Assembly: GCA_963777955.1 (NCBI GenBank)
Contig: CAVZSQ010000015.1
Location: 290,899-354,898 of the forward strand
Source: Calditrichia bacterium
Lineage (GTDB): Bacteria; Calditrichota; Calditrichia; JAJRVZ01
Reading direction: 5' to 3'
DNA: 64,000 nt
Below, piece by piece: positions 50,591 through 64,000 of the stretch. Below the pieces are notes generated by a model. That model was given only the letters and a program-made list of their open reading frames with translations. It had not been told where the DNA came from and did no database searches. Position 1 is the first letter of the stretch; each line of letters begins with the position of its first letter. The translations under genes were made by a program, and so were the position numbers.

Positions 50591-51459
50591 CCTTTCCCCT
50601 CCAACAAATCCTTCAAATATCTCCCATACGCACTTTTTCCAAGCGGTGCGATCAGTTTCTCCAATTGCTGGGCATTAATAAAACCCATGCGGTAAGCCAC
50701 CTCTTCGATGCAGCCGATCTTTAATCCCTGCCGGTCTTCAATGGTCTTGATATACAGGGTCGCATCAAGCAGTGATTCATGAGTACCTGTATCCAGCCAG
50801 GCAAAGCCCCTGCCTAAAAGTACCAAGTTCAAAGTTCCAAGTTCCAAGTAAAACCTGTTTACATCTGTTATCTCTAGTTCGCCGCGGGGGGAAGGTTTTA
50901 AACTCCTGGCGATTTCGATAACCTGATTGTCATAGAAATAAAGGCCGGTGACGGCATAATGGGACTTAGGTTGCGCTGGCTTTTCTTCAATACTCAGTGG
51001 ACGCATATTTTTATCAAACTCAACTACCCCGTATCTTTCAGGATCCCTGACATAGTAACCAAATATGGTGGCCCCTTTTTTCCGCGATGTGGCACTTTTT
51101 AGTAATTCGGGTAAACCATGACCATAGAAGATATTATCCCCTAAGATCAGGCAGCAGGAATCCCGGCCGATAAAATCAGCAGCAATGATAAATGATTGGG
51201 CTAATCCTTCAGGCCTGGGTTGTTCTTTGTAACTAAGGGTAATACCCCATTTTGAACCATCCCCCAGCAGTTCACGAAAATTAGTCAGATCGTGAGGCGT
51301 GCTGATAACCAGAATATCCCGGATTCCCGCCAGCATCAGCGTGCTGAGCGGATAATAGATCATCGGTTTATCATAAACCGGCAGCAATTGCTTGCTGACT
51401 ACAGCTGTGACCGGATATAAACGTGTTCCCGCACCACCCGCTAAAATAATTCCCTTCAT
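50587..51459 (-). CDS. rfbA: Glucose-1-phosphate thymidylyltransferase
   Basis: [34 protein letters not shown]. Confidence 0.96.
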   Translation of the reverse strand: MKGIILAGGAGTRLYPVTAVVSKQLLPVYDKPMIYYPLSTLMLAGIRDILVISTPHDLTNFRELLGDGSKWGITLSYKEQPRPEGLAQSFIIAADFIGRDSCCLILGDNIFYGHGLPELLKSATSRKKGATIFGYYVRDPERYGVVEFDKNMRPLSIEEKPAQPKSHYAVTGLYFYDNQVIEIARSLKPSPRGELEITDVNRFYLELGTLNLVLLGRGFAWLDTGTHESLLDATLYIKTIEDRQGLKIGCIEEVAYRMGFINAQQLEKLIAPLGKSAYGRYLKDLLEGKG

Positions 51460-52547
51460 TATCTGATCCCTCTCAGTCCCTGTCGTTCTAACCGGTAAGA
51501 TTTGTCAAATATATGATTACACCAGTCCTGATTCTCCAAATACCATTTCACCGTTTTTTCTAATCCCTCAGTCAAATGAGTATAAAGGTTTCCAGCCAAG
51601 TTCAGATTCAATTTTTGTCGGATCTATAGCGTAGCGCAGATCATGTCCCGGCCGATCGGTTACAAACGTAATCAAATCAGCATGACTTGTAACTTGTGAC
51701 TTGCTTACTAATCTATCCAGTATAGCACAGATTTTTTTGACCAGATTCAAGATTGGTAATTTCATTACGGGCACCGATATTATAAGTTTCCCCCACTTTA
51801 CCCTTTTCCAGCACTCTCAGCATGGCCCGTACATGATCTTCCACGTACAGCCAGTCACGTATATTCTGACCGGCTCCGTAAACAGGCAAGGATTTGCCTT
51901 TGATGGCATTCAGAATGATCACCGGGATTAATTTTTCCGGAAATTGGAACGGTCCGTAATTGTTGGAGCAATTGGTTATTAATCCGGGCAAACCGTAGGT
52001 ATGGTACCAGGCCCGCACAAAATGATCGGAGGCTGCCTTGCTGGCTGAATAAGGAGAATTCGGATGATAGGCGGAGTCTTCTGAAAATAATCCGGCTGGT
52101 CCCAGGGAACCGAATACTTCATCGGTGGATACATGCAGGAATCTGAACGATTCCTTCTTCTGTGGTTTTAATTTTTGCCAGTATTTTAAGGAGATCTCCA
52201 GCAAATTATATGTACCGACTACATTGGTATATAAAAATTGCGTCGGACCGTCGATTGAGCGGTCCACGTGCGATTCAGCGGCCAGATGCATGACCGCATC
52301 AGGGGTAATATTCAGTGAATACTTTACTTATTTTTTTATAATCACAGATATCAATTTTTTTAAAAATATAATTGGGATGGCTTTTAATTTCAGATAGTGA
52401 TTCCAGGTTACCGGCATAGGTCAGTTTATCCACATTAATCACCCGGTAATCCGTATTTTTAAGCAGGTAACGAACCAGATTGGAACCGATGAAACCGGCA
52501 CCGCCGGTAACAAGCACTGTTTTTTCTTTCTGCAATTGATTCCTCAT
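51459..52547 (-). CDS. rfbB: dTDP-glucose 4,6-dehydratase; several frameshifts
   Basis: [33 protein letters not shown] and DRPGHD.RYAID spread over four frames. Confidence 0.92.
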
Positions 52548-52549
52548 AT

Positions 52550-53165
52550 TAAGATTAAAGATGAAAGATTAAAGAGAATTTAAGCAGGAAAGGCGGGAAA
52601 AGGCAAAGGAGGTTATCAAGGCAAAAGGCCAAAGGCAAAAGGCCAAAGGCAAGGGAAAATAATTTATGGTATGATTTTTGCAAATTTAAATTCAGGTTAA
52701 TTGAATATAAAAGGGTGATCGGCTATGATGCGATTTGAAGATTTGCAGGTATGGAAAAAATCAGTAAAACTATGTATAGAGATATATAAATTATTAAGAA
52801 TGTACAAATGATTTTATTTTCAAGGATCAAATCACAAAATCGGCGTTATCAATATCCAGCAATATTGCAGAAGGTTTCGAACGTGGGTCTGACACAGAAT
52901 GTATACGATTTTTAATATATGCAAAAGGATCATGTGGAGAGTTAAGATCCCAAATCTATATCGGGATGCATATCGGTTATATCGATAACAATAATGGTAA
53001 AAATTGGATTAACCAGGCAATTGAAATTTCAAATATGCTGGCAGGATTAATAAAAACGAAACGTAATTATATCAAATTGAAGAGTAATATTAATTAATCT
53101 TTGGCCTTTTGCCTTTGGCCTTTAGCCTCTTTATCCTTTGCCTCTACCTCTTGGCCTTTACCTTA
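52550..53165. repeat. Inverted heptamer arrays bracketing the four-helix-bundle gene
   Basis: AAAAGGCCAAAGGCAAAAGGCC (~52595-52655) pairs with TTTGGCCTTTTGCCTTTGGCCTTTAGCC (~53100-53165). Confidence 0.82.
52725..53097 (+). pseudogene. Four-helix-bundle (TIGR02436-like) gene, frameshifted near 52800-52820
   Basis: MMRFEDLQVWKKS / KDQITKSALSISSNIAEGFERGS..ECIRFLIYAKGSCGELRSQIYI. Confidence 0.88.
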
Positions 53166-54363
53166 TCTGACAACTACTTTCCCCGAATCAATTTCCTTCT
53201 TTTTACCATCAAAGATGATATACAGATAAAGTCCCGGACTTATGTTTCGGTGGTTGTTATTCTGCACATTCCACTGGAAAACGGTATGTCTGAACATCCT
53301 GTTTAAAAACCAGGTCGCCGGCCACGTTACGGATACAATCTGTTGCGCTGGCTGGAAGATTAGCAAAGGTGATGAATTCATGCTGCGGATTGGAGGCGAC
53401 AAAGGGGATTGGAAATACCTTTACCTTCATTCTGGCTTCAGGCAGTTGCAGTAAAGGTGTAATCAGGAGAGTAATACATTGTGCCGGATTGATTTTCCGA
53501 GACAATCTGGAAATGGTATTCGGTAGCGGTGTGTAATCCACTGATGACTCGTTCATGATTTGATAAATATTCCGTATCGGTAGCGGTGGTCAGACCATAA
53601 TTGGTATCCTGGCCGTAATGAAGATGATCCCGTGTAGATTGACTGGTATTCCAGGAGATCCTCACCGTACCGGCAGCGATATCAGTCACAGTATACTCCG
53701 GACACAACCTGATCGGGAACATTCCCCAGATATCTCACGCTGATTACTTTTTGATAAAAAAAGGCATTACTGTCATCAACTTCGGCCCGCAGCACCATGT
53801 GCGCCGTATCCAGGGAATCCAGGTTAGGGGTGATGGTAATGGCATTTCCGTTGGAGGGATTCGGCGTCGAAACGGTCAGATCAGAATCAGCGTGCAACCA
53901 CTGACCAATTCAGTGCAGGAAATGAGGTGGTACCGGATACTGCACCCGGTCGTTCAGATAAATGGTGTTGGGCGGTATATTAATCATATCGGGCAGGATA
54001 ATTTTCGGCATGGCCGTCTGGGCAGTATTGGAATATCCGCTTTCCAGTCGATTTACGTCCACTGCCGTAACCGGTAATAATACGACAAACCGGGCAGTAT
54101 GGTATAGTCCCGGTAGAGCGGGTGCTGCTGCTATAATCCCCCGCTGATAATAGGTATGAGACTTGGCTATTGTTATCTCTTATAGATCTTGAAAGACACG
54201 ATGGTATCACGGACTGCAATACTGTCGGGTAGTCCCACAGTAAATTCCAGCTGCTGGTGCTGTCGTTGACAAACTGGGCCTGAAGCGTAATAAAGTTACA
54301 AGTAACAAGTAAGCAAGTTACAAGTAGAATGAAAGAGTGCTTTATTTTGTTATTTGATTTCAA
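53163..54363 (-). CDS. Secreted FN3-containing protein with T9SS-type C-terminal sorting domain; fragmented by many frameshifts
   Basis: Signal peptide ending LQAQ; FN3 ISWNT...HYG..TNYG...GL...TEYHFQI; CTD VFPIPF...ITF.NLP...WN..N....SPGLYLY. Confidence 0.6.
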
Positions 54364-55120
54364 GGCTGACCACATTCGAGTATGAGACTTTCTTTATTAT
54401 TGATGATTGAACTTACCCGGAAAAGATACAAACCTTTGATCTTTGGTTTTTTATATTTTATCGTTGTTACAGGTAGTGGATTTTCATTTAATTTTATCCA
54501 CTCTGTTTTTGAGGAATGTCGGGCATAAACATTATAGGTGGCACCCCGTACTTCATCCCAGCGAATAATAAGTTCTTCACCTTTTATTTTTACAGTGACG
54601 GCAGACGGCGGGATGGCAACTTTTAATTCTTTTGGTAACTGACTGGCGGTTACCGTACCGAAGCGGCCGGTGGGTGTATTAAAGTGAAAACTGAATCCGA
54701 TGCGGTGCGTACCACCCAGATCGGGATAATTGATGAAGGTATAATTTATATAGTATTTCTGCTGAATATTTATACCCACTCCAAAGGCAGGATTAAAGAG
54801 TTCCCCCGCTACAAACTTATTCCCCACCCTGATGGCAAATTGGTGCCAGTATTCATATTCCGCACCCAGATTAAAATTGAGCGGAGTATCGATCGATTTA
54901 ACCGCATCCAGGGCCAGCCATAAATCCGGGAAACCAATTTTATAGGCGAAGCCCCACCGGTAGGTTTTGGGTAAACGTTGCCTGTGCTGGTCGTATTTCA
55001 TTTCACCGCCCAGGTTATCGATGGTCACTGCGGCGGAAAAAGAATCATAAAAATTACGGAGTAAAACGCCGACGCTGGAAGCCAGGCCGGAGGATCTCGT
55101 CGATATGCAGGTGTTTTATC
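54360..55120 (-). CDS. PorV/UPF0164-family beta-barrel protein with C-terminal FN3-like domain; 5' end lost at the junction
   Basis: NLGG.MKY....LP...R.G.AY, LGAEY, AIRVG, FGVG, DLG.THRIG motifs. Confidence 0.7.
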
Positions 55121-55199
55121 ACTTCCGTCGGCCGGCGACGACATGCGGCCCTCGGGGTACGACGATAGACGTGTGGGTCGGGGAGAGGACCCCATCGCG

Positions 55200-55340
55200 A
55201 ACCACCACTGAAACCGTCTTTTCCACAAACCCCGCATTTTGCGGCCCGCCACGGCACGCCGGGGGTGCGCTCTCCACAGATGTGCAAAACCATGTGGATA
55301 ACTTCGACGAATGCGCTGCAAAGGGACTTTTCACGCAGAT
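55200..55340. promoter_or_regulatory. DnaA-box cluster (oriC part upstream of dnaA) of the high-GC genome
   Basis: Perfect TGTGGATAA at 55293-55301; TTTTCCACA and CTCTCCACA variants nearby. Confidence 0.7.
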
Positions 55341-55390
55341 GCGGACGCGTTCCACGGGGCCTCGTCCGCTCTGCTATACTCCTGCCCCCC

Positions 55391-56217
55391 ATGGAGTCGT
55401 TCCTCGACAGGCTGCTGGCCGACGACGCGGCGGCGCCACAGGCGCCGGACGCGCGTCGTCCAGCGCCTGCCGGCCACGCCGCCGAGGCCGCGCCGGTTCT
55501 GTCTCTCGGACCCGGTGCACCACGGATCGCGGTGTACGACACGCTCACCAGCCCCCCGCGAGTCATCGACGTCGAGGAGAAGGATGTGCCGGCACTGATC
55601 GCGTCGCTCGCCGAGAAGACCTACCACTCGTGCCGCGAGCAGGGCGGGACGGTCCCGTACACCGTCATCACCGAGTTCATCGAGAACCTCATCCACGCGC
55701 GCTTCCGCGACGTGGGATCCCGGTCCTCGACGGCGGCCGCGTGGTGCGCATCTCCGACCACGGCCCCGGCGTCGCCGACAAGGAGCGCGCGTTCGAGCCC
55801 GGGTTCACGACCGCCACCGCCGACGAGAGGCTCTTCATCCGTGGCGTCGGGTCGGGGCTGCCGATGGCGCGCGAGTCGCTCGCCTTCCTCAGCGGCGTGG
55901 TCACGGTCGAAGACAACCTCGGCGGTGGGTCGGTGGTCACGGTCAAGATGCCACAGCAGGCCGCCGCGGCGGCGGCGCAGGCGCGCGACGCGGTCCCGTC
56001 TCCCAAGCTCACGATCCGCCAGAAGCGCGTCCTTGCCCTGCTGATGGAAGTCAACGCCGCCGGGCCTACCCAGGTCGCACGGGAGTTGCACACGTCGCCG
56101 GCGACAGCCCATCGCGAGCTTCATTTACTCGACCAGATGGGATTGGTACACTCCCTGCGCGACGGGAAGCGCGCCCTGACCGAAGACGGCATGGCACTCC
56201 TCGAGCGTCTCTTCTGA
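55391..56217 (+). CDS. HATPase_c-domain protein with C-terminal winged HTH; frameshift near 55715
   Basis: ENLIHA, DHGPG, GVGSGL; then GPTQVAREL..S.ATAHREL..L...GLV. Confidence 0.7.
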
Positions 56218-56308
56218 CGGCCTTCTCCCCCTCCGTCGGCCTCGCTCGTCCGACCCCTCGCAGCGGACAGCGACGCACAGGAGCACGGCGATCGACGAGC
56301 AACTGACA

Positions 56309-57679
56309 TTGATCTGGAACGAGGCGCGCTCCCAGCTTCGCGGCACCCTCAACGACGCGACGTACCGCCTCTGGTTCGAGCGTACGCTGCCGCTCGGGCT
56401 CGACGACGGCGTCTTCGTCATCGGCGTCCCCAACGACTTCGCCAAGGACTGGATCGACTCGCGCTTCGACGGCGTACTGGGCGACGCGCTGGCCGCGGTG
56501 ATGGGGCCCGACATCGGCTTTCGCACGGTCGTCGACGAGGGTGCCGCGGCGATCGCCGGCAGCATCCCGGCCGTACCCGCGACCGAGGCGGCCGACACGC
56601 CCGGCGACGAGGCCCCGCCGGTCGCCACCGCCACCGGCGCCAAGGGCCTGAATCCGCGATACACCTTCGACCGCTGGGTCGTCGGCCCCCACAATGAATA
56701 TGCCACCGCCGTCGCGCGCAGCGTGGCCGAATCGCCGGCCGCCGCCTACAACCCGGTCTTCATCTACGCCGACACGGGTCTCGGCAAGACCCACCTCATG
56801 CACGCCATCGCCCACCAGATCAGCGCCGCCGACCCGCGCCTCCAGGTGCGCTACGTGACGGTCGAGAAGTTCACCGACGACTTCATCAACGCAGTGACGG
56901 AGAAGGGCCGCATCGAGGGCTTCAAGCAGCAGTACCGCAACAACGACGTCCTGCTCATCGACGACGTCCAGTTCCTGGCCGAGAAGCAGCAGACGCAGGT
57001 CGAGTTCTTCCACACGTTCAACGCGCTCTACGAGGCGTCGCGACAGATCGTCATCACCTCCGACCGGCAGCCACGCGAGCTCGAGGAGCTCGACGACCGG
57101 CTGCGCTCGCGCTTCGGACAGGGCGTCGTCGTCGACATCGGTCGTCCCGACCTCGAGACGCGCATCGCCATCCTTCGCCGCCAGGTGAAGTCGGAGGGGT
57201 TCGCGGTCACCGACGGCGAGGTCCTCGAATACATCGCCAGCCGCGTGTCGTCCAACATCCGCGAGCTCGAGGGCGCCCTGCGCCGGGTCGTCAGCTACGC
57301 CTCGATCACCCGCGCTCCGGTCGACGTCGACCTCACCAAGCAGGCGCTGAAGGACATCCTCCCGGACCGCTACGCGCAGCCGATCACGATCGAGATGGTA
57401 CAGAGCGAGGTCGCGCGTCAGTTCGGCGTGCACGTCAGCGAACTGCGCAGCGACAAACGCACCTCGCAGATCGCCTACGCGCGTCAGATCGCCATGTACC
57501 TGTGTCGCGACCTCACCGAGGCGTCGCTGCCGGCGATCGGCCAACGCTTCGGCGGCCGTCACCACACGACGGTGATCTACGCGGTCAATAAGATCGAGCG
57601 CGTCTTGCAGGATCCCCACGAGCGTCAACTCCACGAGGTGATCGCCGTCGTCACGGCACGCCTCAAGACTCCACGTTAG
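56309..57679 (+). CDS. dnaA: Chromosomal replication initiator DnaA (start uncertain)
   Basis: YNPVFIY..TGLGKTHL, IDDVQF, RLRSRF, NIRELEGAL, RQIAMYL, GGRHHTTV. Confidence 0.97.
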   Translation: MIWNEARSQLRGTLNDATYRLWFERTLPLGLDDGVFVIGVPNDFAKDWIDSRFDGVLGDALAAVMGPDIGFRTVVDEGAAAIAGSIPAVPATEAADTPGDEAPPVATATGAKGLNPRYTFDRWVVGPHNEYATAVARSVAESPAAAYNPVFIYADTGLGKTHLMHAIAHQISAADPRLQVRYVTVEKFTDDFINAVTEKGRIEGFKQQYRNNDVLLIDDVQFLAEKQQTQVEFFHTFNALYEASRQIVITSDRQPRELEELDDRLRSRFGQGVVVDIGRPDLETRIAILRRQVKSEGFAVTDGEVLEYIASRVSSNIRELEGALRRVVSYASITRAPVDVDLTKQALKDILPDRYAQPITIEMVQSEVARQFGVHVSELRSDKRTSQIAYARQIAMYLCRDLTEASLPAIGQRFGGRHHTTVIYAVNKIERVLQDPHERQLHEVIAVVTARLKTPR

Positions 57680-57986
57680 GCGGCCGCCGGGCTGAGCCGC
57701 CTCGTCCGGGTCACCGCGCGTGAGCCTGTTTCCACAGTCCTTGTTGACAACCGCCGTACAAGCTGTGGACACAGTCGCGTCCCGGCACCAAAGCCGGTAT
57801 GCTACCCGCGAGAGTGACCCCGATCCGGCGGGTCGCGTGATGTCGCGCACACGGCGTCCACACCGTTCTCCACCACGGCGTTCGCGTCTGCGAGCAGGCA
57901 CTCCCGCCGGAGTCCACACATCTCCACATGGCCTGTTACTACGACGAAGTCGAGAAGAAAACTCTTCTCATCAATAAGGAGCCGGG
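57680..57986. promoter_or_regulatory. dnaA-dnaN intergenic oriC with degenerate DnaA boxes
   Basis: TTTCCACA, TGTTGACAA, TGTGGACAC and GTCCACA repeats. Confidence 0.7.
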
Positions 57987-59089
57987 ATGAGGTTCTCGTG
58001 TGACCGTGCAGCTCTCGTCGAAAAGCTCAACGTCCTTGCGCGCGGCGTGTCCTCGCGGAGCGCTCTTCCTCGTGCTCTCCGGCGTGCTGCTCCAGGCGCG
58101 CGAAGGTCGTCTCGACCTCTTCTCCACCGACATGGAGCTGTCGATCAAGGCGACCCTCACCACCGCGATAGAAGCCGAGGGCGAGGCGGTCGTCCCGGCG
58201 CGGCTCTTCACCGACGTGGTCAAGAACATGGACGCCGCCCAGGTGCGTCTCGAGTCGGCCGAGGGCTCGGTGCGTATCACCGCCGGCAAGGCGGTGTTCA
58301 CCCTGAACTCCTGGGTGGCGAGCGATTTCCCTCACACGACGACATTCGACATGGAGCATTCCTTCACGATCGGTTCGGTGCCTCTGGTCGAGACGCTCGA
58401 GAAGGTGGGGCGCGCGGCCTCTCGAGACGAGACGCGCCCGATCCTCACCGGTGTGCTGGTGAAGATGGGTGGCGGCACGCTCAAGATGGTCGCGACCGAC
58501 AGTTATCGGTTGAGTGTCAAAGAGACGCTGGATCGAGGGCGGCCCCAAGGACGAACTCGAAGCGATCGTGCCGGTCAAGGCCTTGAGCGAGGTTCAAAGG
58601 CTGGCTGGCGCTCTCGACGAAGCGGCGATCAAGGTCGCGATCACTGAGAACCAGGCACTGTTCGAGATCGGCGACGTCTGGATCGCCACACGTCTCATCG
58701 ACGGTCAGTTCCCGAACTATCGTCAGCTTCTCCCCGAGAGCTTCGACCACACCGTCGAGATGAAGCGCGACGACTTCATCTCGGTGGCACGCCGCGTCAG
58801 CCTTCTGGCCCAGAAGAACACGCCGTTGCGGCTGCAGTTCACCGAGGGCAAACTGACGATCCGCGCCGTCACGCAGGACGTCGGCCAGGCCGAAGAAGAA
58901 CTCGACGTCCCCTTCAGCGGCGAGCCGTTCGAGATCGGCTTCAACCCGGCGTTCTTGATCGACGGCCTCGACAGCGTCGACGGCGACGTCGTCTCACTCG
59001 AGTTCATCTCACCGCTGCGACCCGGATTGTTGCGCGGCGCCGACGAGGGCTCCTTCTATCTGATCATGCCGATCCGGCTCAACACCTGA
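57987..59089 (+). CDS. dnaN: DNA polymerase III beta clamp; two frameshifts
   Basis: TDMELSI, DETRPILTGV, VATDSYRL, RLIDGQFPNY, IGFNP, YLIMPIR. Confidence 0.94.
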
Positions 59090-59118
59090 GGGTCGGCGGG
59101 GCGGCGCCGGGCGGTCAC

Positions 59119-59340
59119 GTGAACGACATCGCCGTCCGGGGGTCCATCCAGCTGGGCGCCTTCCTCAAGGTCGCCGGAGCGGTAGCGACCGGCGGCGAGG
59201 CGAAGTGGGCAGTGCAGAGCGGTGACGTCACCGTCAACGGCGTCACCGAGACTCGCCGCGGTCACCGTCTCTCCGATCGCGACATTGTGATGTTCGCCGG
59301 CGCGGAGTACCGCGTGTGTATGTCGGTGCCCTGGAGCTTC
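59119..59340 (+). CDS. S4-like RNA-binding protein (YaaA/YbcJ); 3' end uncertain
   Basis: IQLGAFLK.AG...TGGEAK..V..G.V.VNG..ETRRG; typical position between dnaN and recF. Confidence 0.85.
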
Positions 59341-60533
59341 GTCAACTTCCGCTCCTACAGCGACGCGGTCGTGGAGTTCCATCCGGGACTCAACGTGATC
59401 GTCGGCCGCAACGCGAGCGGCAAGACCAACCTCCTCGAGGGCGCCTGCTTCGCTCTACGCGGCGCCTCGTGCCGCACGAATCGCGAAGAGAAGGCCGTCC
59501 GTTGGGGGGCGGCGTTCACGCGAGTGGAGGCGACGCTCGCCGCTCCGCCGGCGACGGCGGCGACGGCGGCGGACCCGGGCGACGAGCGTCGCCTACGCAC
59601 CCGGCCAGGGAAAGCAGGCCCGTGTCGACGGTGTCGAGGTCGAGTCGCTCGACGAGCTGCGCCGCCAGGCGACGGTGCTCGTCTTCGTCCCAGAGAGCCT
59701 GCTGCTCGTCAAGGGCGCGCCGGCGCGCCGGCGCGCCCACCTCGACGCGTTCGCATCGACCTTCGACCGTTCCTACGCCGCCGCTCTGCGCGACTTCAAT
59801 GAGGCCGTGCGGCAGCGTAACGCGCAGCTCGCGGCGGTGCGCGACGGGAGCCCGGTCGCCGGTCTCGACCCGTGGCGATCGCCAGGTCGCACGCTGCGGC
59901 CTCGCCCTGAGTGGACGCCGCCGGGCGCTGGTCGACACGCTGGCGACCGAGTTCGCCCGCTACGCCGCGCGCCTGGCGCCCGGCGGCGGCTGCTCGGGTT
60001 GAGTCTCGTGACCCAACTCGACACCCTCGAGCCGGGCGAAGAGGGATTCCTCGCGGCGCTGGGCGCGCGGCGGCAGACCGACATTCGCCGCGCGGTCACC
60101 GGCATCGGCCCACAGCGCGACGACCTGCTTCGCCGAGGTCACGATGGCGGCGCCGGACGCGGAGCCGCGCCGCACGCCGGCGCTGAGAGTGGCGCCACCC
60201 CTGGCGCCGGCCGCGACCTGAGGCTGTTCGGCTCGCAAGGCGAGCAGCGGGCGGCAGTGCTCGCCTTGCTGTTCGCCGAACGCGACGTCGCCGCCGCGGC
60301 GACTGGCGACGTCGGGACGCTGCTCCTGGACGACGTCATGAGTGAGCTCGACGACGCGCACCGCCGCCTGCTCGTGGAGTTGCTCACCGCTGGTGGTCAG
60401 GCGATCGTCACGACGACCAACCGGCACTACTCCGCCCCCGACGAGGAGCTCGCCGGCGCGCACGTCATCGAGCTCGGCCCCGAGGGGCCCGAACCGGAGC
60501 TCCCGGGGAGGTCGCACCGAGGGGTGCGCGTGA
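59316..60533 (+). CDS. recF: DNA replication/repair protein RecF; multiple frameshifts
   Basis: NFRSY, GRNASGKTNLLE, GPQRDD, GSQGEQR, LLDDVMSELD. Confidence 0.9.
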
Positions 60534-60610
60534 GGTCCGGCGGCGCCGGTCGCCCCGCTCCCCGCGAGAGTCGTCGGCCCGCGGCCGGCGCATCCGCAGG
60601 CGGCAACGCC

Positions 60611-60949
60611 GTGAGCGACTTCGAGCGCCTCGGCGACCTGCTCGCCGAGACCCTGCAGCGGGTCATCCAGAGCGACGAGGCGAAGGCCTACCGTGGCTGG
60701 GCGCACGCCGCGGGCGACGAGGTCGCGGCCGTGACGCGGCCGCGACGCCTCGCCCGCGGCGTGCTCACGGTAAGTGCGAGACGGCGGCCTGGGCAAGCGA
60801 CCTGGACTATCTCGCGCCGCTGATTCGTCGAGAAACTCGCCGCAGCCGACTCCGAGACCCCGGTGAAGCGCATCCGCTTCATCGTCGCGGCGCGGTCTCT
60901 CGGCGCGAGGCAGGAAACGCCACCCCCGGGGGAGAAGAATCAAGACTAG
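60611..60949 (+). CDS. DUF721/DciA-family protein; frameshifted
   Basis: LGDLL...L, W...AG..VA..TRP..L..GVL.V; lies between recF and gyrB. Confidence 0.7.
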
Positions 60950-61295
60950 ACCCGCGTGCGATCGCGCGCCGGTCGACCCGGGTACCGACGGCGGAGCGAG
61001 AGGAGCCGAGCGACACTGGACAACCCGTCCCCGACCAGGTCGCCACAGCCGGCCCACAGCCGGCCGGACGGGCCCTTGTGGCCGGTTCTCGACGGCACCG
61101 CTTCTGTCACCCCGAACGGCACCGGAAAAACCACCGATTTGCGGGATATTCAGGCTCCGCTCGAGCTTCAGGTCGAGGCCTGCTTCTGGTATACTCGAAC
61201 CAGTCGCGACGAGCGTGGCCATCGGTTTCTCCACACGCGTCCCTGATCCGAACGACACAGCACGCCAACGACTCGTGCGCCCAAGGTGAGGTCAG

Positions 61296-63732
<2,437 letters not shown>

Positions 63733-63786
63733 GCAAACGCCGCAGGCGTCCGTGCAGCCGGCACCGACGAACGACGGGTAGACAAG

Positions 63787-64000
63787 GTGGACCACCTCCA
63801 GACACTCGAAGGCAAGATCGAGCCGATCGAACTCGAAGACGAGATGCGCTCGTCGTTCATCGACTACGCGATGAGCGTGATCACCGACCGGGCGCTGCCC
63901 GATGTCCGCGACGGCCTCAAGCCGAGCCAGCGCCGCGTGCTGATCGCCATGCACGACCTCGGGTTGGCGCCCAACAAGCAGCACCGCAAGTGCGCCAAGA
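63787..64000 (+). CDS. gyrA: DNA gyrase subunit A, 5' part
   Basis: [30 protein letters not shown]. Confidence 0.95.
   Translation, partial: MDHLQTLEGKIEPIELEDEMRSSFIDYAMSVITDRALPDVRDGLKPSQRRVLIAMHDLGLAPNKQHRKCAK

Overview
The window looks like a chimeric long-read metagenomic contig with many indel frameshifts. Positions 1 to ~55,120 are moderate-GC DNA of an FCB-type bacterium. Calditrichota-like is an inference from the T9SS CTD/PorV genes, DUF4295 and the general gene repertoire. This part carries: (1) an asparaginase-HDAC-GNAT-like-efp cluster whose EF-P has Asn (PGNW) instead of the modifiable Lys/Arg; (2) ppdK; (3) a receptor-less CheA-like signalling cluster with three Hpt-HATPase proteins (beta-propeller/YYY input, ROK-GAF input, or no input), two CheY-like regulators and CheX, in which two of the kinases have lost complementary halves of their chemistry; (4) DUF4295-rpmG-znuACB-dinB-M1 peptidase; (5) a LexA regulon marked by a GTGTAC-N4-GTACAC palindrome in three promoters (lexA plus a dead LexA-CTD paralogue; DUF6504-hyp-ORF6N-dinB2; dnaE2); (6) assorted housekeeping genes, two tRNA-Ser, tadA and rmlAB; (7) many intergenic repeats, including three decayed four-helix-bundle genes each bracketed by inverted 7- or 9-mer arrays. 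From ~55,120 to the end is the high-GC oriC region of an actinomycete (Thermoleophilia-like): HATPase-HTH gene, dnaA, dnaN, S4/yaaA, recF, DUF721, gyrB, gyrA. A patch inside gyrB looks planctomycete-derived. All family calls are by motif recognition; no searches were run.
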